DNA of 64,000 nucleotides, from assembly GCA_025336685.1 (NCBI GenBank), contig GCA_025336685.1_4717.1; one strand, given 5' to 3'. The notes beneath the pieces are model-generated. The model was not told the DNA's origin, did not search any database, and saw nothing but the letters and a program-made list of their open reading frames with translations. The translations under genes were made by a program, and so were the position numbers. The DNA comes from Escherichia coli. GTDB taxonomy: Bacteria; Pseudomonadota; Gammaproteobacteria; Enterobacterales; Enterobacteriaceae. Every line of letters begins with the position of its first letter. The first letter of the stretch is position 1. Positions 28,783-39,486 of the stretch are shown here, piece by piece.

Positions 28783-31479
28783 GTGAAGTTACGCTTCAAC
28801 ATTATCAATGCCGAAGGTAAACTTCGTGCATCACGTTCCAACGTAACATGGGAACGTATCGAACTGGAGGTATACATGGTAGATAAAACCCGTGTTGAGG
28901 GTGATGATAATTGGGATAACTGGGATGATGACTTCTCCCTGGATCTCGATTTTAACGAACCCAAAGACGATCGTAAACCGATAACACGCTTTGCGGTAGG
29001 AGCGGTTAAAGGTGCCGCTGAGGATCTTACTTCCTACGAAAGAATGAAGGAGATCGCCAGAAACGCATTGCCTAAGGGCTATAGCGACGGTATGGATCTT
29101 ATCGATTCCGCCGTCGGATCCACGAAGGAACTATACAATGAAGCCGTTCGTGATGTTCTTCCTAAGGTCCAAAGCTCAAAACGGTTAGCTGCACAACTGA
29201 CCAAGAAATACCGTGCGAGCATGCCCGATTTCTCGAAGAAAATTCTTGAGCAATGGGAGCGAGAAGCCAAGGAAGAAGACGAACGTAAACAAGCTGAAGA
29301 AACCCTTCGTCAACGCATGGCGAGCGCGGGGGACGATGAGGTCGCCCGCAAGGTTGCCGAGGCGTTAGGTGAATCAGCAAACCAAAGCGCGGATCAGTTT
29401 GCCGAGCAGCAAGCAAAAGAAAGTATCCGTGACGATATCGCTGACAAACGGTACGCTGTAACCAACAAACAAATGAGTGCGATGCAAGAAGGCGTCGCCA
29501 AGATGGTTGGTTTCAACAATGAATTCGCTGCGCGCTACATGCGTAAAAGCCTGGAACTGAAATATCGTTCCTTAGCGATTCAACGCGCAAGTTTCGATCA
29601 GCATAAAAAGTTAGCCGAAGTCTATATCGGTTTATTACAAAACATCCAGAAGAATACGGCTTTACCTGATGCGGCTAAAGCAAAAATGTCGGAAGAATTC
29701 CGCCGTAGCGCGTACCAACGTTTCTTTGGTAATGCGTTAGATGCGATGAGTTCTTTCGAGAACCGTTTCTTTGCCGATGTTAAGAAAAACCTTGCCACCA
29801 ACGCATTAGGTGCTTTAAAAGGCGTCGTGTCTGGCGCAAACGATGCGTTATACGGTTTAAACGAAGCACGTGACTCGATGTCCATGATGGATGGGATGGG
29901 GTCAGAAGGCGATATTAAGGAAATGCAAGGAAAGATGTTGGGTCAGTTCATTGGCTCAACTGTCGCACCATGGATGGCTAATAAAGGCAGGATGGCGTTA
30001 CGCGATTTAGCAAAACGTCACCCCAATGCTAAATTCGCTAGCGCGTTAAAAGCCGTGGATCAAGGTGGTGAAGCAGCCGCTTACACAACGCGCAATATCG
30101 GTAAACTGCTCCAGGAAGATATTCGTAAGAACGAATTCAATCTTAGCGATCCGTTTTACAAGCAATTGTTACGCGGCGCAGGGCGTTGGGCGTTCAACAT
30201 GGACAGCGGACGTAACTTCCGCGTGATGAACGACTCCGCTGAAACATTGGCTGAGCAAACGTCTTTCGACGGTTTAACCTACCGCAGCATCAACGAGGTT
30301 ATTCCCGGCTTTCTTGCGCGCATTCTGAAAAGCAGTGAGGGTATCCGCACTGGAAACAGCGATCCTGACTACGAGGTCTATGACGGCATCAGCGGGCAAT
30401 TCGTGTCTCAGCGCACGCGTGAACAAAGCGTCAACGACACGCTGTTTAACAAACGTTCGTTTGGTTATTACGCAAGCCGTTTCAATGAGGTTATCTCGGT
30501 CATCGATCCCGATAAACAATTATCGGAAAAAGCCAGAAAGGCGCTGGCTAAGCAGTTGGCACGAGATAGCGACGCAAATATCGCATTCGACCCGGCCCGT
30601 TTTACGGATGAAAGCAACTTCGATCGTAGTATTGACCGCGACGCTATTAAGGAACTTTCCACGTACTTTCGTGATCGTTACGGTATTCGTGACGATATCA
30701 ACGATAAGGGCGAACGTCATCAGGTCGTTGGAAACCGCGGGCAATATTACACGGAACGTAACCGAGCCGATCTTCGTTACGGAAATCTGAAATCTTTACA
30801 ACCGGATATCCAGCGTAACCTTAACCTGCTGAAACGTACTGGTGACGTCCAATATCTGGAACGGATTGGGATTGTAACGAGAAATAGCGACGGAAGCTAC
30901 TCGGTTAATCACGATCGGTATTTCTCTGAAATTGATCAATACATCGACCGACCGGAGTACGCCGAACGTAATGATGTTAATACGCGATTAACCGCTCAGG
31001 AAACAAGAGCGCTGGCGCTGGGTTATCGTGACGCAAAACCATCAGTTGATGACGTGCAAAATGCGGGTCTGCCGAACATCGATCGTAAGGCTGTTGGAAC
31101 AGTAACCGTTGATGAAAACATCGGCTACGATAAATGGTGGAACGACACGGGTGTTATCACCACATCGCTTGAAGAACAGAATCGAGCGTGGCAAGAGCTT
31201 TATCTCGAGGCCTTGTCTGAAGCATCCGAACAACGTGTTGAAATGCTTGCGTTACTGAAAGCCATTTCTGAGAAAGACTGGTCTAATAACGTTTCACTGG
31301 ATGGCGAAGATGTACCTGAAGGTACGGCACCCATTTCATTTATCGATCGTGCCAAACAAAAACTCGGCGCACGCAACCTCTTTAAAGGCGGTCGTAATCT
31401 CCTCTGGAAAGGAATTAAAAATACCGCACGGTTGGGTGTTAAAGGTGCACGCTGGGAGTGCAGAACACACACTAGGTAG
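28783..31479 (+). CDS. large virion/tail-associated protein, helical, 898 aa (possible N-terminal part of a giant tail protein)
   Basis: Long ORF beginning at GTG (first in-frame ATG at 28876); same strand as, and 347 nt upstream of, the lysozyme-domain protein. Confidence 0.45.
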   Translation: MKLRFNIINAEGKLRASRSNVTWERIELEVYMVDKTRVEGDDNWDNWDDDFSLDLDFNEPKDDRKPITRFAVGAVKGAAEDLTSYERMKEIARNALPKGYSDGMDLIDSAVGSTKELYNEAVRDVLPKVQSSKRLAAQLTKKYRASMPDFSKKILEQWEREAKEEDERKQAEETLRQRMASAGDDEVARKVAEALGESANQSADQFAEQQAKESIRDDIADKRYAVTNKQMSAMQEGVAKMVGFNNEFAARYMRKSLELKYRSLAIQRASFDQHKKLAEVYIGLLQNIQKNTALPDAAKAKMSEEFRRSAYQRFFGNALDAMSSFENRFFADVKKNLATNALGALKGVVSGANDALYGLNEARDSMSMMDGMGSEGDIKEMQGKMLGQFIGSTVAPWMANKGRMALRDLAKRHPNAKFASALKAVDQGGEAAAYTTRNIGKLLQEDIRKNEFNLSDPFYKQLLRGAGRWAFNMDSGRNFRVMNDSAETLAEQTSFDGLTYRSINEVIPGFLARILKSSEGIRTGNSDPDYEVYDGISGQFVSQRTREQSVNDTLFNKRSFGYYASRFNEVISVIDPDKQLSEKARKALAKQLARDSDANIAFDPARFTDESNFDRSIDRDAIKELSTYFRDRYGIRDDINDKGERHQVVGNRGQYYTERNRADLRYGNLKSLQPDIQRNLNLLKRTGDVQYLERIGIVTRNSDGSYSVNHDRYFSEIDQYIDRPEYAERNDVNTRLTAQETRALALGYRDAKPSVDDVQNAGLPNIDRKAVGTVTVDENIGYDKWWNDTGVITTSLEEQNRAWQELYLEALSEASEQRVEMLALLKAISEKDWSNNVSLDGEDVPEGTAPISFIDRAKQKLGARNLFKGGRNLLWKGIKNTARLGVKGARWECRTHTR

Positions 31480-31826
31480 TTTGGTAAATTCCGGTCGACG
31501 CATTATCAACTTCAACCGATTCGTGTTCGGCGCATTATCCAAGGTTGATCAAGTTCCGTTTGACATTTATGTTAAAAGTCAATACGCATACTGGCTGCCA
31601 AACTTCGTCGGTTATACTTCGACGAAGCGACAGGAAAAACCATAAAACGAATGAAGGATATCAAAGGCCCACTCGTTGATGCTGATGGAAACATCGTAAT
31701 CAGCAGCAACGAGGATATCGAGAAAAGGGTTGGTCACTCGCGCCGGTCGTGCCTTTGAAATTCAGGACTTAAAGCGTGGGCACATGAAGGTCTTAATGGA
31801 ATCACGACAGTCTTATTCTGCCACGG

Positions 31827-34800
31827 ATGTTAAAACGCGGTGCGGTTGAGATCTACAAACAGCTCGACAAAACGCCCGACGTTTACGTCAAGGGAGAATC
31901 AACACCTCGTCTATTATCCATGGTGTTAGCGGCAGGTGGGTATTTCCGTCGCTCCGACGGACAAACCGTCAAAAATCTTGAAGACATCGATGGTGATGTT
32001 GTTGATGCACAAGGTAACGTCGTACTTACGCTTGCCGACATGCAGAAAGGACTCGTCGATAAATACGGTAAAGCGATTCGTCGTTTAAAAGAAAAGCTCA
32101 TCAACTTCGGTGTAAAAGCTTTTACGTTACCGTTAACCTTACTACGCAAGACAAAGGACATCCTTAAAACCCTTCCAGGTAAAACCGTTAACGGCCTACG
32201 ACGGATGGGATTAAATTTCCAATCACCTGACGCATTATTGGTGGGAACAACGTCGAGCATGGTAGATCGTCTCGATGCTATTTACCAGCTCCTTGACCAA
32301 CGTATGCCTGGTGGTGATAGGGATTATCGCGATTGGAATGGAGATGGCGTTCGAGAAGGATCGTTGGAAGACCTGAAACGTAAGCGTGCAGCCAAGGAAA
32401 ACGGTAAGGATGACACTGGCAAAGATTCTAATAAAGGAGAAGAAAAGGAGAAGAAACGAGGATTACTCGGAAGCCTTTTCGATATGCTTGGCGACACCGC
32501 ATTAGGTAAACGCCTCATGGCGAGTCCGCTTGGAAAAATTCTAGGTGGTCTTGGAGCGGTGTTAAGCGGCGGTGCATCGTTAACCGGGTTGTTAGGCAAA
32601 GGCCTCATTAGTGGAACCGGCGCGCTGGTCAAGGGGGGACTAAGTGCGGCAGGATGGTTAGGACGTGGTGCGTTAATGGCGGGCGGGGCTGCATTGAACG
32701 CTGTTGGTGGGTTATCGGGATTAGGTGCATTCCTCATCTCACCTGTTGGGCTTGCTATTGCTGGCGGTGCATTGGCTGCTTATGCAGGATGGAAGATCTA
32801 TCAGCATTTCGCTGAGAAGCCTGACCCGATGCAGAAGCTCCGTCTTATTGCATACGGTGCAAAAGGGGACGATAAAGACTTCAATAAGAAGCTGCTTGCG
32901 ACAGAAACATACCTCACCGACCATGTGGTTATGACTGGGGATACCATCGGATTCGATCCGAAAGCGGATTCTGAAAAGATTCTCGAAATCTGGGAATTGT
33001 CCCTGGAAGATTCCGACCGAATGAACGAATGGAAACGCTGGTATCTGCATCGTTTTATTCCTGTTTTCGCTCGTGCGTACAAACTCTGGAAAGAGCATAT
33101 GCCGGACGAGAAGAAATACATGGAAATGGATAAATATCCGAACGGTGAGAACAAGGTGAAATGGTCGGAAGCGTTTATCTGGCCTTCCGATAGTCCTGAC
33201 GGTCCGTATTACGTCGAAGCTAACCCGTTGGGTTCTTCTGGTGCGACGCGTTATATTGCTGGTCAAGACGTCAAAACCTTGATGCTGAAACAACTCGAAG
33301 CCATCAAGAAAGAGTACCAGAATCAGATCAAACAATACTCTCATGATGAGGCTATTGCTGATTGGTCACGGATGTCTGACACACAACGTAAATCCGTTGC
33401 GCCTAACGCATTACGTGGTCAGAAAGCGTCGTTACGTTTTAACGATAAGCGTTACAACAGTGCTGGCGCTAAAGGACGACAGAAGCTTGACGCAACCGCT
33501 GTTATTGAAAGCGTAGACCGTCGTGGTAGGAAATGGGTTGCTGGCGGATACATCGACGAACTCACCAGTCTCCGTGTTCGCGCGTACGGTATTAAGGTTC
33601 CGTTGTTAAGTCAGATAAAAGTGCTGATGGAACTCGAAGACGCTGTAGAACCTGGCGTAGTCGCTGAAGGTAAAGGGGTTAAATACGGTGGCGATCTTGT
33701 CGCGCTCTACAAGAAATTCGCGACGAAGTTCGGAAGAGACGTTAACAGCAAGCAGGATCAGGATATCTGGTTTGCTTGGATGAACAACCGTTTCCTACCC
33801 GTCTTTTTAACCTATTACCAACACGTTAGCGACATGGGTGGTCAAGGACTTCTGTCCGACATGGTACAGAACCTGAAAGACAGCCAACGTTGGGAAATCG
33901 GTGAAGCACTTGTCGCAACGCAATACCGTGATGAGAAAGGTGCACTCCAGCCTGTATGGTCCTGGAATAGTTGTGGTTTCTCCGGTACTGAAGCTAACAC
34001 CACCAGCAGTTCAACAAAGAGCCAACTCGATCTGTTAAAAGAATATGCGGATAAAGAGAAGGTTCGTGAGAAGAACGCGGAAGCATCGCAAGAGGACACC
34101 GATAAATTATCGAAGATCCAAGAGCTGATGATGAAGCAGGCTGGGTACGAGAAGAAAGACGGTGTCTGGCAGAAGAAATCACGCATTACCGGTGGGATGA
34201 GTAACGCCGAAGCGAATTACAACCCCAATGGGAATAGGGTAGGTGCAAGCAGCTTTACTGCTTCGGCTACTTCCAGTGCTGGGTTGGGGTCAACCGGCGA
34301 TCTTACCGGATTGCCTAACATGGGCTTACAGAAACCTGCAACGGGACCAGGTCCTGAAGCTGGACGTCGTGCGCTTGTTAAATCCGCTGTGAAACGCGGT
34401 ATTACCGATCCAATGGAAATGGCGATGTTCCTTGCAAACATCGAACATGAATCGGGGAACTACAGTCACGTACGTGAGGGGAACTATAAGACACCAGAGC
34501 GTCTTAAACAGGTCTTCCCTTACAAATTCCGTGATGTGCAGGATGCCGCACAGACGATCAGCATGGGACCAGAAGCGGTATTCGAACGCGTGTATGGTAA
34601 TCGTAAAGACTTAGGGAACACGCAGAAAGGAGACGGGGCGAAGTATTTAGGACGCGGCTTCATTCAGGTTACCGGTAAAGCTAACTACGCTCGTCTGTCC
34701 AAGACCTTGAATAAGGATCTTGTCAGCGATCCGACATACCTGGAAACGCCGGAAGGTGCGGCGGAAGGTAGTGTCGCGTGGTGGCTCAACCGAGGTAACG

Positions 34801-35534
34801 TATTACGCGATCCCGCAAAACGGGGTGACGTACGCCAAGTTCGTTATCTGGTTAACGGTGGTTATAACGGATTACGTGACGTTGAACAGCGCTCTGCTTA
34901 TTGGATTCAGGCGGCTAAGAACGGCACCCTGAAGAAAATGATGGACGAGTTATCGGGGTCAACATCAGACGATCAAGCTGAAGGACCGACCACCGCCGAA
35001 CAGGTGAAGAATGAAGCGGCCCAAGAGGCGAACGGAACACCGACGGTAAGCAACGATCCGCAAGCCCCGGCATCTTCTACCACCCCTGAAGCTAAACCGT
35101 CTGCGGCTGCCGGTACGGCTCCAGCACCCGGAGAAGCATCACCAACGCCTGTAAGTTTCGAGACAGCAAAAGCTACGGCAGGACAACCGACATCAACTCC
35201 GGCACTTAGCGATTTGCCGTCAAACCCTGGTGCAAATCGAGGGATATCGGTTCCGAATACGCCTGCACAGGTCGCGCAGTCTGCGACACAAACATCGGCT
35301 GCGAGTGAGAACTTCTACGGTAGCGCAGGTGAAATTCTCCGACAGCAGCTGACCACGCAGCAGAACATCGAGAAGAACACCGGTAGAACGAATGAACTTA
35401 TTTCGGAATTAATCCAAGCCGTTAAGGGTTCTTCTATCGGTAAGGGTTCTGCAAGTCCTTCTCAACAACAGGCGATGTCGCTACCTAATCGTCCGCAAGG
35501 AATCTCTCCAACACGGACAAGGTACGCGCAGTAG
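31827..35534 (+). CDS. tape-measure-like virion protein with GH19-type lysozyme domain
   Basis: 1235 aa; Gly-rich hydrophobic repeats (GGLGAVLSGGASLTGLLGKGL..., about 32520..32760); lysozyme/chitinase-19-like motifs NIEHESGNYS and YLGRGFIQVTGKANY (about 34380..34920); Ala/Pro/Ser/Thr-rich C-terminal tail. Confidence 0.65.
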   Translation: MLKRGAVEIYKQLDKTPDVYVKGESTPRLLSMVLAAGGYFRRSDGQTVKNLEDIDGDVVDAQGNVVLTLADMQKGLVDKYGKAIRRLKEKLINFGVKAFTLPLTLLRKTKDILKTLPGKTVNGLRRMGLNFQSPDALLVGTTSSMVDRLDAIYQLLDQRMPGGDRDYRDWNGDGVREGSLEDLKRKRAAKENGKDDTGKDSNKGEEKEKKRGLLGSLFDMLGDTALGKRLMASPLGKILGGLGAVLSGGASLTGLLGKGLISGTGALVKGGLSAAGWLGRGALMAGGAALNAVGGLSGLGAFLISPVGLAIAGGALAAYAGWKIYQHFAEKPDPMQKLRLIAYGAKGDDKDFNKKLLATETYLTDHVVMTGDTIGFDPKADSEKILEIWELSLEDSDRMNEWKRWYLHRFIPVFARAYKLWKEHMPDEKKYMEMDKYPNGENKVKWSEAFIWPSDSPDGPYYVEANPLGSSGATRYIAGQDVKTLMLKQLEAIKKEYQNQIKQYSHDEAIADWSRMSDTQRKSVAPNALRGQKASLRFNDKRYNSAGAKGRQKLDATAVIESVDRRGRKWVAGGYIDELTSLRVRAYGIKVPLLSQIKVLMELEDAVEPGVVAEGKGVKYGGDLVALYKKFATKFGRDVNSKQDQDIWFAWMNNRFLPVFLTYYQHVSDMGGQGLLSDMVQNLKDSQRWEIGEALVATQYRDEKGALQPVWSWNSCGFSGTEANTTSSSTKSQLDLLKEYADKEKVREKNAEASQEDTDKLSKIQELMMKQAGYEKKDGVWQKKSRITGGMSNAEANYNPNGNRVGASSFTASATSSAGLGSTGDLTGLPNMGLQKPATGPGPEAGRRALVKSAVKRGITDPMEMAMFLANIEHESGNYSHVREGNYKTPERLKQVFPYKFRDVQDAAQTISMGPEAVFERVYGNRKDLGNTQKGDGAKYLGRGFIQVTGKANYARLSKTLNKDLVSDPTYLETPEGAAEGSVAWWLNRGNVLRDPAKRGDVRQVRYLVNGGYNGLRDVEQRSAYWIQAAKNGTLKKMMDELSGSTSDDQAEGPTTAEQVKNEAAQEANGTPTVSNDPQAPASSTTPEAKPSAAAGTAPAPGEASPTPVSFETAKATAGQPTSTPALSDLPSNPGANRGISVPNTPAQVAQSATQTSAASENFYGSAGEILRQQLTTQQNIEKNTGRTNELISELIQAVKGSSIGKGSASPSQQQAMSLPNRPQGISPTRTRYAQ

Positions 35535-35545
35535 TCATTAGTTAA

Positions 35546-35575
35546 GGGCGGGAGATTCCCGCCCTCTTCTTGAGG
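35546..35575 (+). terminator. intrinsic terminator (GGGCGGGA / TCCCGCCC hairpin then TCTTCTTG)
   Basis: Read directly, 12 nt after the stop of 31827..35534. Confidence 0.55.
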
Positions 35576-35583
35576 AATGTTAC

Positions 35584-36141
35584 ATGGGTATTCTTGTTCA
35601 AAACGCCCTAATCACCAAACAGGCGTTTTTATTACCTGGCGATAGCAGCACGCTGAGTGCCGACATGATTAAAGCGAGACATACACCGTATTCCTACGAT
35701 AACGTCGATGATACCACCTTAGGCGGGAACTGGGTGCTTAACCCACCACCGCAATATACGAAATTTGCCGACATCAAAGAACGGCGACGTGCGGTTATGC
35801 CGGGATCAACGGGCATGGGCCGAGGCTATAGTGAAAGCATTAACAGCTTTAAAGAAGTCGTTACGTTACGATTCGGTAAACCTCGCTTTACAGGCGCAAG
35901 TATCTTCTTTACCGATTTCTACGATGCGGATGTTGCCGTAACGGTTAAAACCGGTCGCGATCCCGGTATTCTTTATTACGCAGCCAAAGCGTATACCACC
36001 GTTCTTTCTTACCTCACGCCTCTACCTTACCTGTATATGGTTGACGTATCGGTCGATATTTCCCGGGTAAGCCTACCAGTCAATATTACTATCAAGTACC
36101 AACCATGCACGTGTATTGGGCGTCTTTCCAGACGCTGGTAA
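35584..36141 (+). CDS. hypothetical protein (185 aa)
   Basis: ORF track; overlaps the next ORF by 37 nt in a different frame. Confidence 0.4.
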   Translation: MGILVQNALITKQAFLLPGDSSTLSADMIKARHTPYSYDNVDDTTLGGNWVLNPPPQYTKFADIKERRRAVMPGSTGMGRGYSESINSFKEVVTLRFGKPRFTGASIFFTDFYDADVAVTVKTGRDPGILYYAAKAYTTVLSYLTPLPYLYMVDVSVDISRVSLPVNITIKYQPCTCIGRLSRRW

Positions 36142-37724
36142 ACCAAACAGCGATAAACATGGGTCTTATCGCCGGTGCTGGTAAAGATAAAGGCTATGTG
36201 GAAGAAGGGGGTACCGTACTCCACCAATATTCAATCGGTGGCCAGAACGTTGAAGAATTCATCAACTACGCCTCTAAGACGCTACCGGGGATTTATAAGA
36301 AAGGTGGTGGGATCGATATCTACCAGATTGCAACACGTCGTCAGCGTATACAAAACGCATGGGTACGTCGTATTCAATCCATGATGGAAAACGATTACTC
36401 GTCTTACGAGGAGTTCTGGAACGATCTTGATAAACGACTTGATAGCGGAGCATTTCCATCGGATGTAACCGGTCGTACGTTAACGCAGTATCTCGCCGAC
36501 ACACAGAAGTCTGCTGTTTACAGTGCGACAGCTGGTGATAATAAACAAACGATGGACGACCTTTTATTCGGAAGGGCCTCATACACCAACAAGGATGCTG
36601 ATGCCAACTTCAAAGTCTCGGCGGCTACCTCCGACGGTGGTACGTCAACACAGAGTCAGGGTACAACAGCCAATGTCGGTAATTCGACATCAGGGACAAC
36701 GCAGGCTGCAACAGCAGCATCGACGGCTGGAGGTGCGAACGTACAGAGCAAAGGGATCGGTCAAACAAATGCGGCCGAGGAAGCTACGTTTCTTGATCTG
36801 ATGGATGCTGAACTGGCTGACGGTGCTCAGTTTATCAGTTTTCGAGTCGATTCTGTCACCAGCGTAACCGAAACGTTTTCAAACAGCGCTTCAGAAAGTT
36901 CAATCGCACAGACGATGAATAGCCGCGCGCAAGCGAACATCGAACGTCGTTTCACCCTCTCCGGTGGTAATACAGGTTGGGCTGTACTAGACGAAGCCAT
37001 CAAAGCCGGTTCCGATCTCGTCAATGGTGCTATTTCCGGGATGGGTCTGGATGGTATTTTTGGTGCCTTCATGGGTTCCGGATTCGCTGACATTCCGAAA
37101 TTCTATTCTGGGTCGTCAGTAAGTCTACCGCGTGCCGATCTGATGATGGAATTGCGTTCCTGGAGTGGGGACCGCTGGTCGATCTTTACGAACCTCATGG
37201 TACCTCTTTTAGCTATCCTCGCAGGTGGCTTACCTCAGGCTACCGGTAAATCGTCCTACGGGATGCCGTTCATGTGTGAGTGTTATATTCCAGGTAAAGT
37301 CCAGATTAAAATGGGTCTTATCGATAACATCACTGTGACGCGTCATGTTGGAAACGTACCATCGACACGCGAACGATTACCGTTGGGCATCGATGTCAGC
37401 TTCAGCGTTTATGACCTATCGTCCATCGTCGCAATGCCGATCACAACGACAGCTGCATCGATCGCAAAATTAGATCCTCGCGGCTTCTTAAGTGATCTTC
37501 TTGCTGATGATACTCCGCTCAACAACTATCTTGCTGTATTATCGGCATTGACACTTACGGAACAAGTTTACATGATTCCTGATTTAAGTCGTCGCATGCA
37601 TAAAACCATGGCCGATATCGATAGTTTCTGGAGCAAAGGTAATTTTGCTAGCTGGTTGTCTGACACCATGCCAGGCAGGATAGCATCAGGGCTGTTATGG
37701 AAACGTACAGAACGACCGTTCTGA
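36105..37724 (+). CDS. hypothetical protein, putative virion protein (539 aa; start may be a downstream Met)
   Basis: ORF track; Ser/Thr/Gly-rich central region; last gene of the plus-strand tail module, followed by hairpin 37741..37772. Confidence 0.5.
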   Translation: MHVYWASFQTLVNQTAINMGLIAGAGKDKGYVEEGGTVLHQYSIGGQNVEEFINYASKTLPGIYKKGGGIDIYQIATRRQRIQNAWVRRIQSMMENDYSSYEEFWNDLDKRLDSGAFPSDVTGRTLTQYLADTQKSAVYSATAGDNKQTMDDLLFGRASYTNKDADANFKVSAATSDGGTSTQSQGTTANVGNSTSGTTQAATAASTAGGANVQSKGIGQTNAAEEATFLDLMDAELADGAQFISFRVDSVTSVTETFSNSASESSIAQTMNSRAQANIERRFTLSGGNTGWAVLDEAIKAGSDLVNGAISGMGLDGIFGAFMGSGFADIPKFYSGSSVSLPRADLMMELRSWSGDRWSIFTNLMVPLLAILAGGLPQATGKSSYGMPFMCECYIPGKVQIKMGLIDNITVTRHVGNVPSTRERLPLGIDVSFSVYDLSSIVAMPITTTAASIAKLDPRGFLSDLLADDTPLNNYLAVLSALTLTEQVYMIPDLSRRMHKTMADIDSFWSKGNFASWLSDTMPGRIASGLLWKRTERPF

Positions 37725-37740
37725 TATTCACTGCATAAAC

Positions 37741-37772
37741 CCCTCTCCCTTCCCTGATGGGTTGGGAGAGGG
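37741..37772. terminator. hairpin (CCCTCTCCC / GGGAGAGGG, loop TTCCCTGATGGGTT) between convergent genes
   Basis: Read directly; paralogous to the hairpin at 50601..50633. Confidence 0.5.
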
Positions 37773-37778
37773 AATATG

Positions 37779-38846
37779 TTAACCTAATGTCACCGTAGGT
37801 AAATCAGGATAAAGTTTCTTCAAGCCTGCCATCGTGGTGGTAGTTGTATAATTCTTACCCATCACAGCAAGAGATGCATATTTCTTACTGCGGGAGAAAA
37901 GGGAATAAAACCCACTGGATGTTTCCATCCACATCGTGAGGAGTTCTGCGTCGTTACCGTGATAGTTCGTTTTACCCCATCCAGGTTTAAACGCATCGGC
38001 AAAATCAATTAAACGCGATGCTTCGGCGTCGTATTCTTTAAGGGTAATGTACGATGGGATACGGTAGTTACGAAACAACAACGTAATGAGTTCAGGGACA
38101 ACGCTACGAGCGCGTTCAGCCGTAATGAGTTCGGTGATAACGGCAGCCGTACGGAAATCGCCGTTGAGGCCAACGCTGCTTAACGATTCCGCTAAAGTGG
38201 TTGCCATCGCCACTTTATCCTCCGCTGACCCAGAGTCATACAGACTACGTACATCGATATAGTTGCCTGCTAATGCGGCTTGACGAATCAACGACGTGAC
38301 AACCGTCCGGTTCGTCTTATAGTCGTTGTAGCTGAATTCGGTTCGCGTTTTCCCTTGATCGTCGAGATACCGATCGACAATCGTTGATAGTTTATAATAC
38401 TCATCGCCCGACATCAGACTATCGAGGAGCTTAACGTTTCCATCTTTATCGATAAGCTTCCCTAACGCACCATTGGATTGTTGGTTAATGGTGCTGTAAA
38501 TCTGATCTTTTACTTGCGATAGGATGTTATCAGTCGACGATATATTCAGACCAGTAACATCTTTGATCTTATTCATCAACGCGTTTTCATTCAGGGAGAT
38601 TTTGCCTCCGCTGATATCGATGAAAGAATTAAGATCGCTTATGGAAATCAGGTTTCCTGTTAACGCCGATAATGTACTATTGATACTGTTCGTAATACTG
38701 CTACGAAAACTGGTTAACGCATCCGCGGCCGAAACAGCGGTACCGCTAACCGCTTTAAGGAGCGTGTCGCGCCCTGTCGAAAAATCGCTGGTGATGGTTT
38801 TGATCTTGGACGTATCTATACTCGGCAGTTTGTCGTAAAGACTCAT
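37779..38846 (-). CDS. hypothetical protein (about 355 aa)
   Basis: ORF track gives 38897 as start, but that extension runs through the 38886..38911 hairpin; ATG at 38846 has an AGGAGG SD 5 nt upstream. Confidence 0.5.
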   Translation of the reverse strand: MSLYDKLPSIDTSKIKTITSDFSTGRDTLLKAVSGTAVSAADALTSFRSSITNSINSTLSALTGNLISISDLNSFIDISGGKISLNENALMNKIKDVTGLNISSTDNILSQVKDQIYSTINQQSNGALGKLIDKDGNVKLLDSLMSGDEYYKLSTIVDRYLDDQGKTRTEFSYNDYKTNRTVVTSLIRQAALAGNYIDVRSLYDSGSAEDKVAMATTLAESLSSVGLNGDFRTAAVITELITAERARSVVPELITLLFRNYRIPSYITLKEYDAEASRLIDFADAFKPGWGKTNYHGNDAELLTMWMETSSGFYSLFSRSKKYASLAVMGKNYTTTTTMAGLKKLYPDLPTVTLG

Positions 38847-38885
38847 CACGTCCTCCTGAAAAAGAAAAAAGAAATACGGCATAAA

Positions 38886-38911
38886 GCCTACCCACACAAT
38901 GGTGGGTAGGC
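38886..38911 (-). terminator. hairpin (GCCTACCCAC / GTGGGTAGGC) followed on minus strand by a T-rich run
   Basis: Read directly; downstream of minus gene 38929..39486. Confidence 0.5.
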
Positions 38912-38928
38912 TAAGATCAACATCGATG

Positions 38929-39486
38929 TTAAACTTCTTCGTTTTCTGAACCTAATGATTCAGCATCTGGATCGTCAACAGGAATTGTTGCGTCAAAATA
39001 CCGTTTCGTATGCGTGGTCGTATATCCTACACTATCTGTGATGGAAATCGTAAACGTGACTTCTCTCGCACGGATTAAGCGTAGTTTATTCATGAAGTTA
39101 CGGAACGGCATCGATCCCCGATTCAACTCCTTAATGACGTTTCCTCGAATACTGGAAATGTCTTTATTCGTTTTATCAGGATGTCGTTTCTTCACATCAC
39201 GCATATGTCGGGTAATATACGAATTGAGCTGATTTGCGCCGATCCCTCTCTCCGTATAAATCTGCAACAGGAACTCCGTAAGGAAATCCTGTCTACCCGT
39301 AGGCGTCCAGAAATTGTTACCGTGATTGTAGTTAGTCGCTCGTCCTCGATTACTTTGAGGATTTTCATCATCGTTTTCGTCACAACGCTTAAGCGGATTA
39401 ATGCGTGCTCGGAAAGAGACTTCATTATATTTATTTGTCATAATACACCAGTGTACTGACTGAGTGCGAAGGTTAGGAGTTCGCAA
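38929..39486 (-). CDS. hypothetical protein (185 aa)
   Basis: ORF track. Confidence 0.45.
   Translation of the reverse strand: MRTPNLRTQSVHWCIMTNKYNEVSFRARINPLKRCDENDDENPQSNRGRATNYNHGNNFWTPTGRQDFLTEFLLQIYTERGIGANQLNSYITRHMRDVKKRHPDKTNKDISSIRGNVIKELNRGSMPFRNFMNKLRLIRAREVTFTISITDSVGYTTTHTKRYFDATIPVDDPDAESLGSENEEV

Noticed and set aside
36105-36141. Possible programmed -1 frameshift fusing 35584..36141 and 36105..37724.
   Set aside because: The 37-nt overlap has no slippery heptamer or obvious downstream stimulatory structure; an overlapping-gene arrangement or a later start is simpler.
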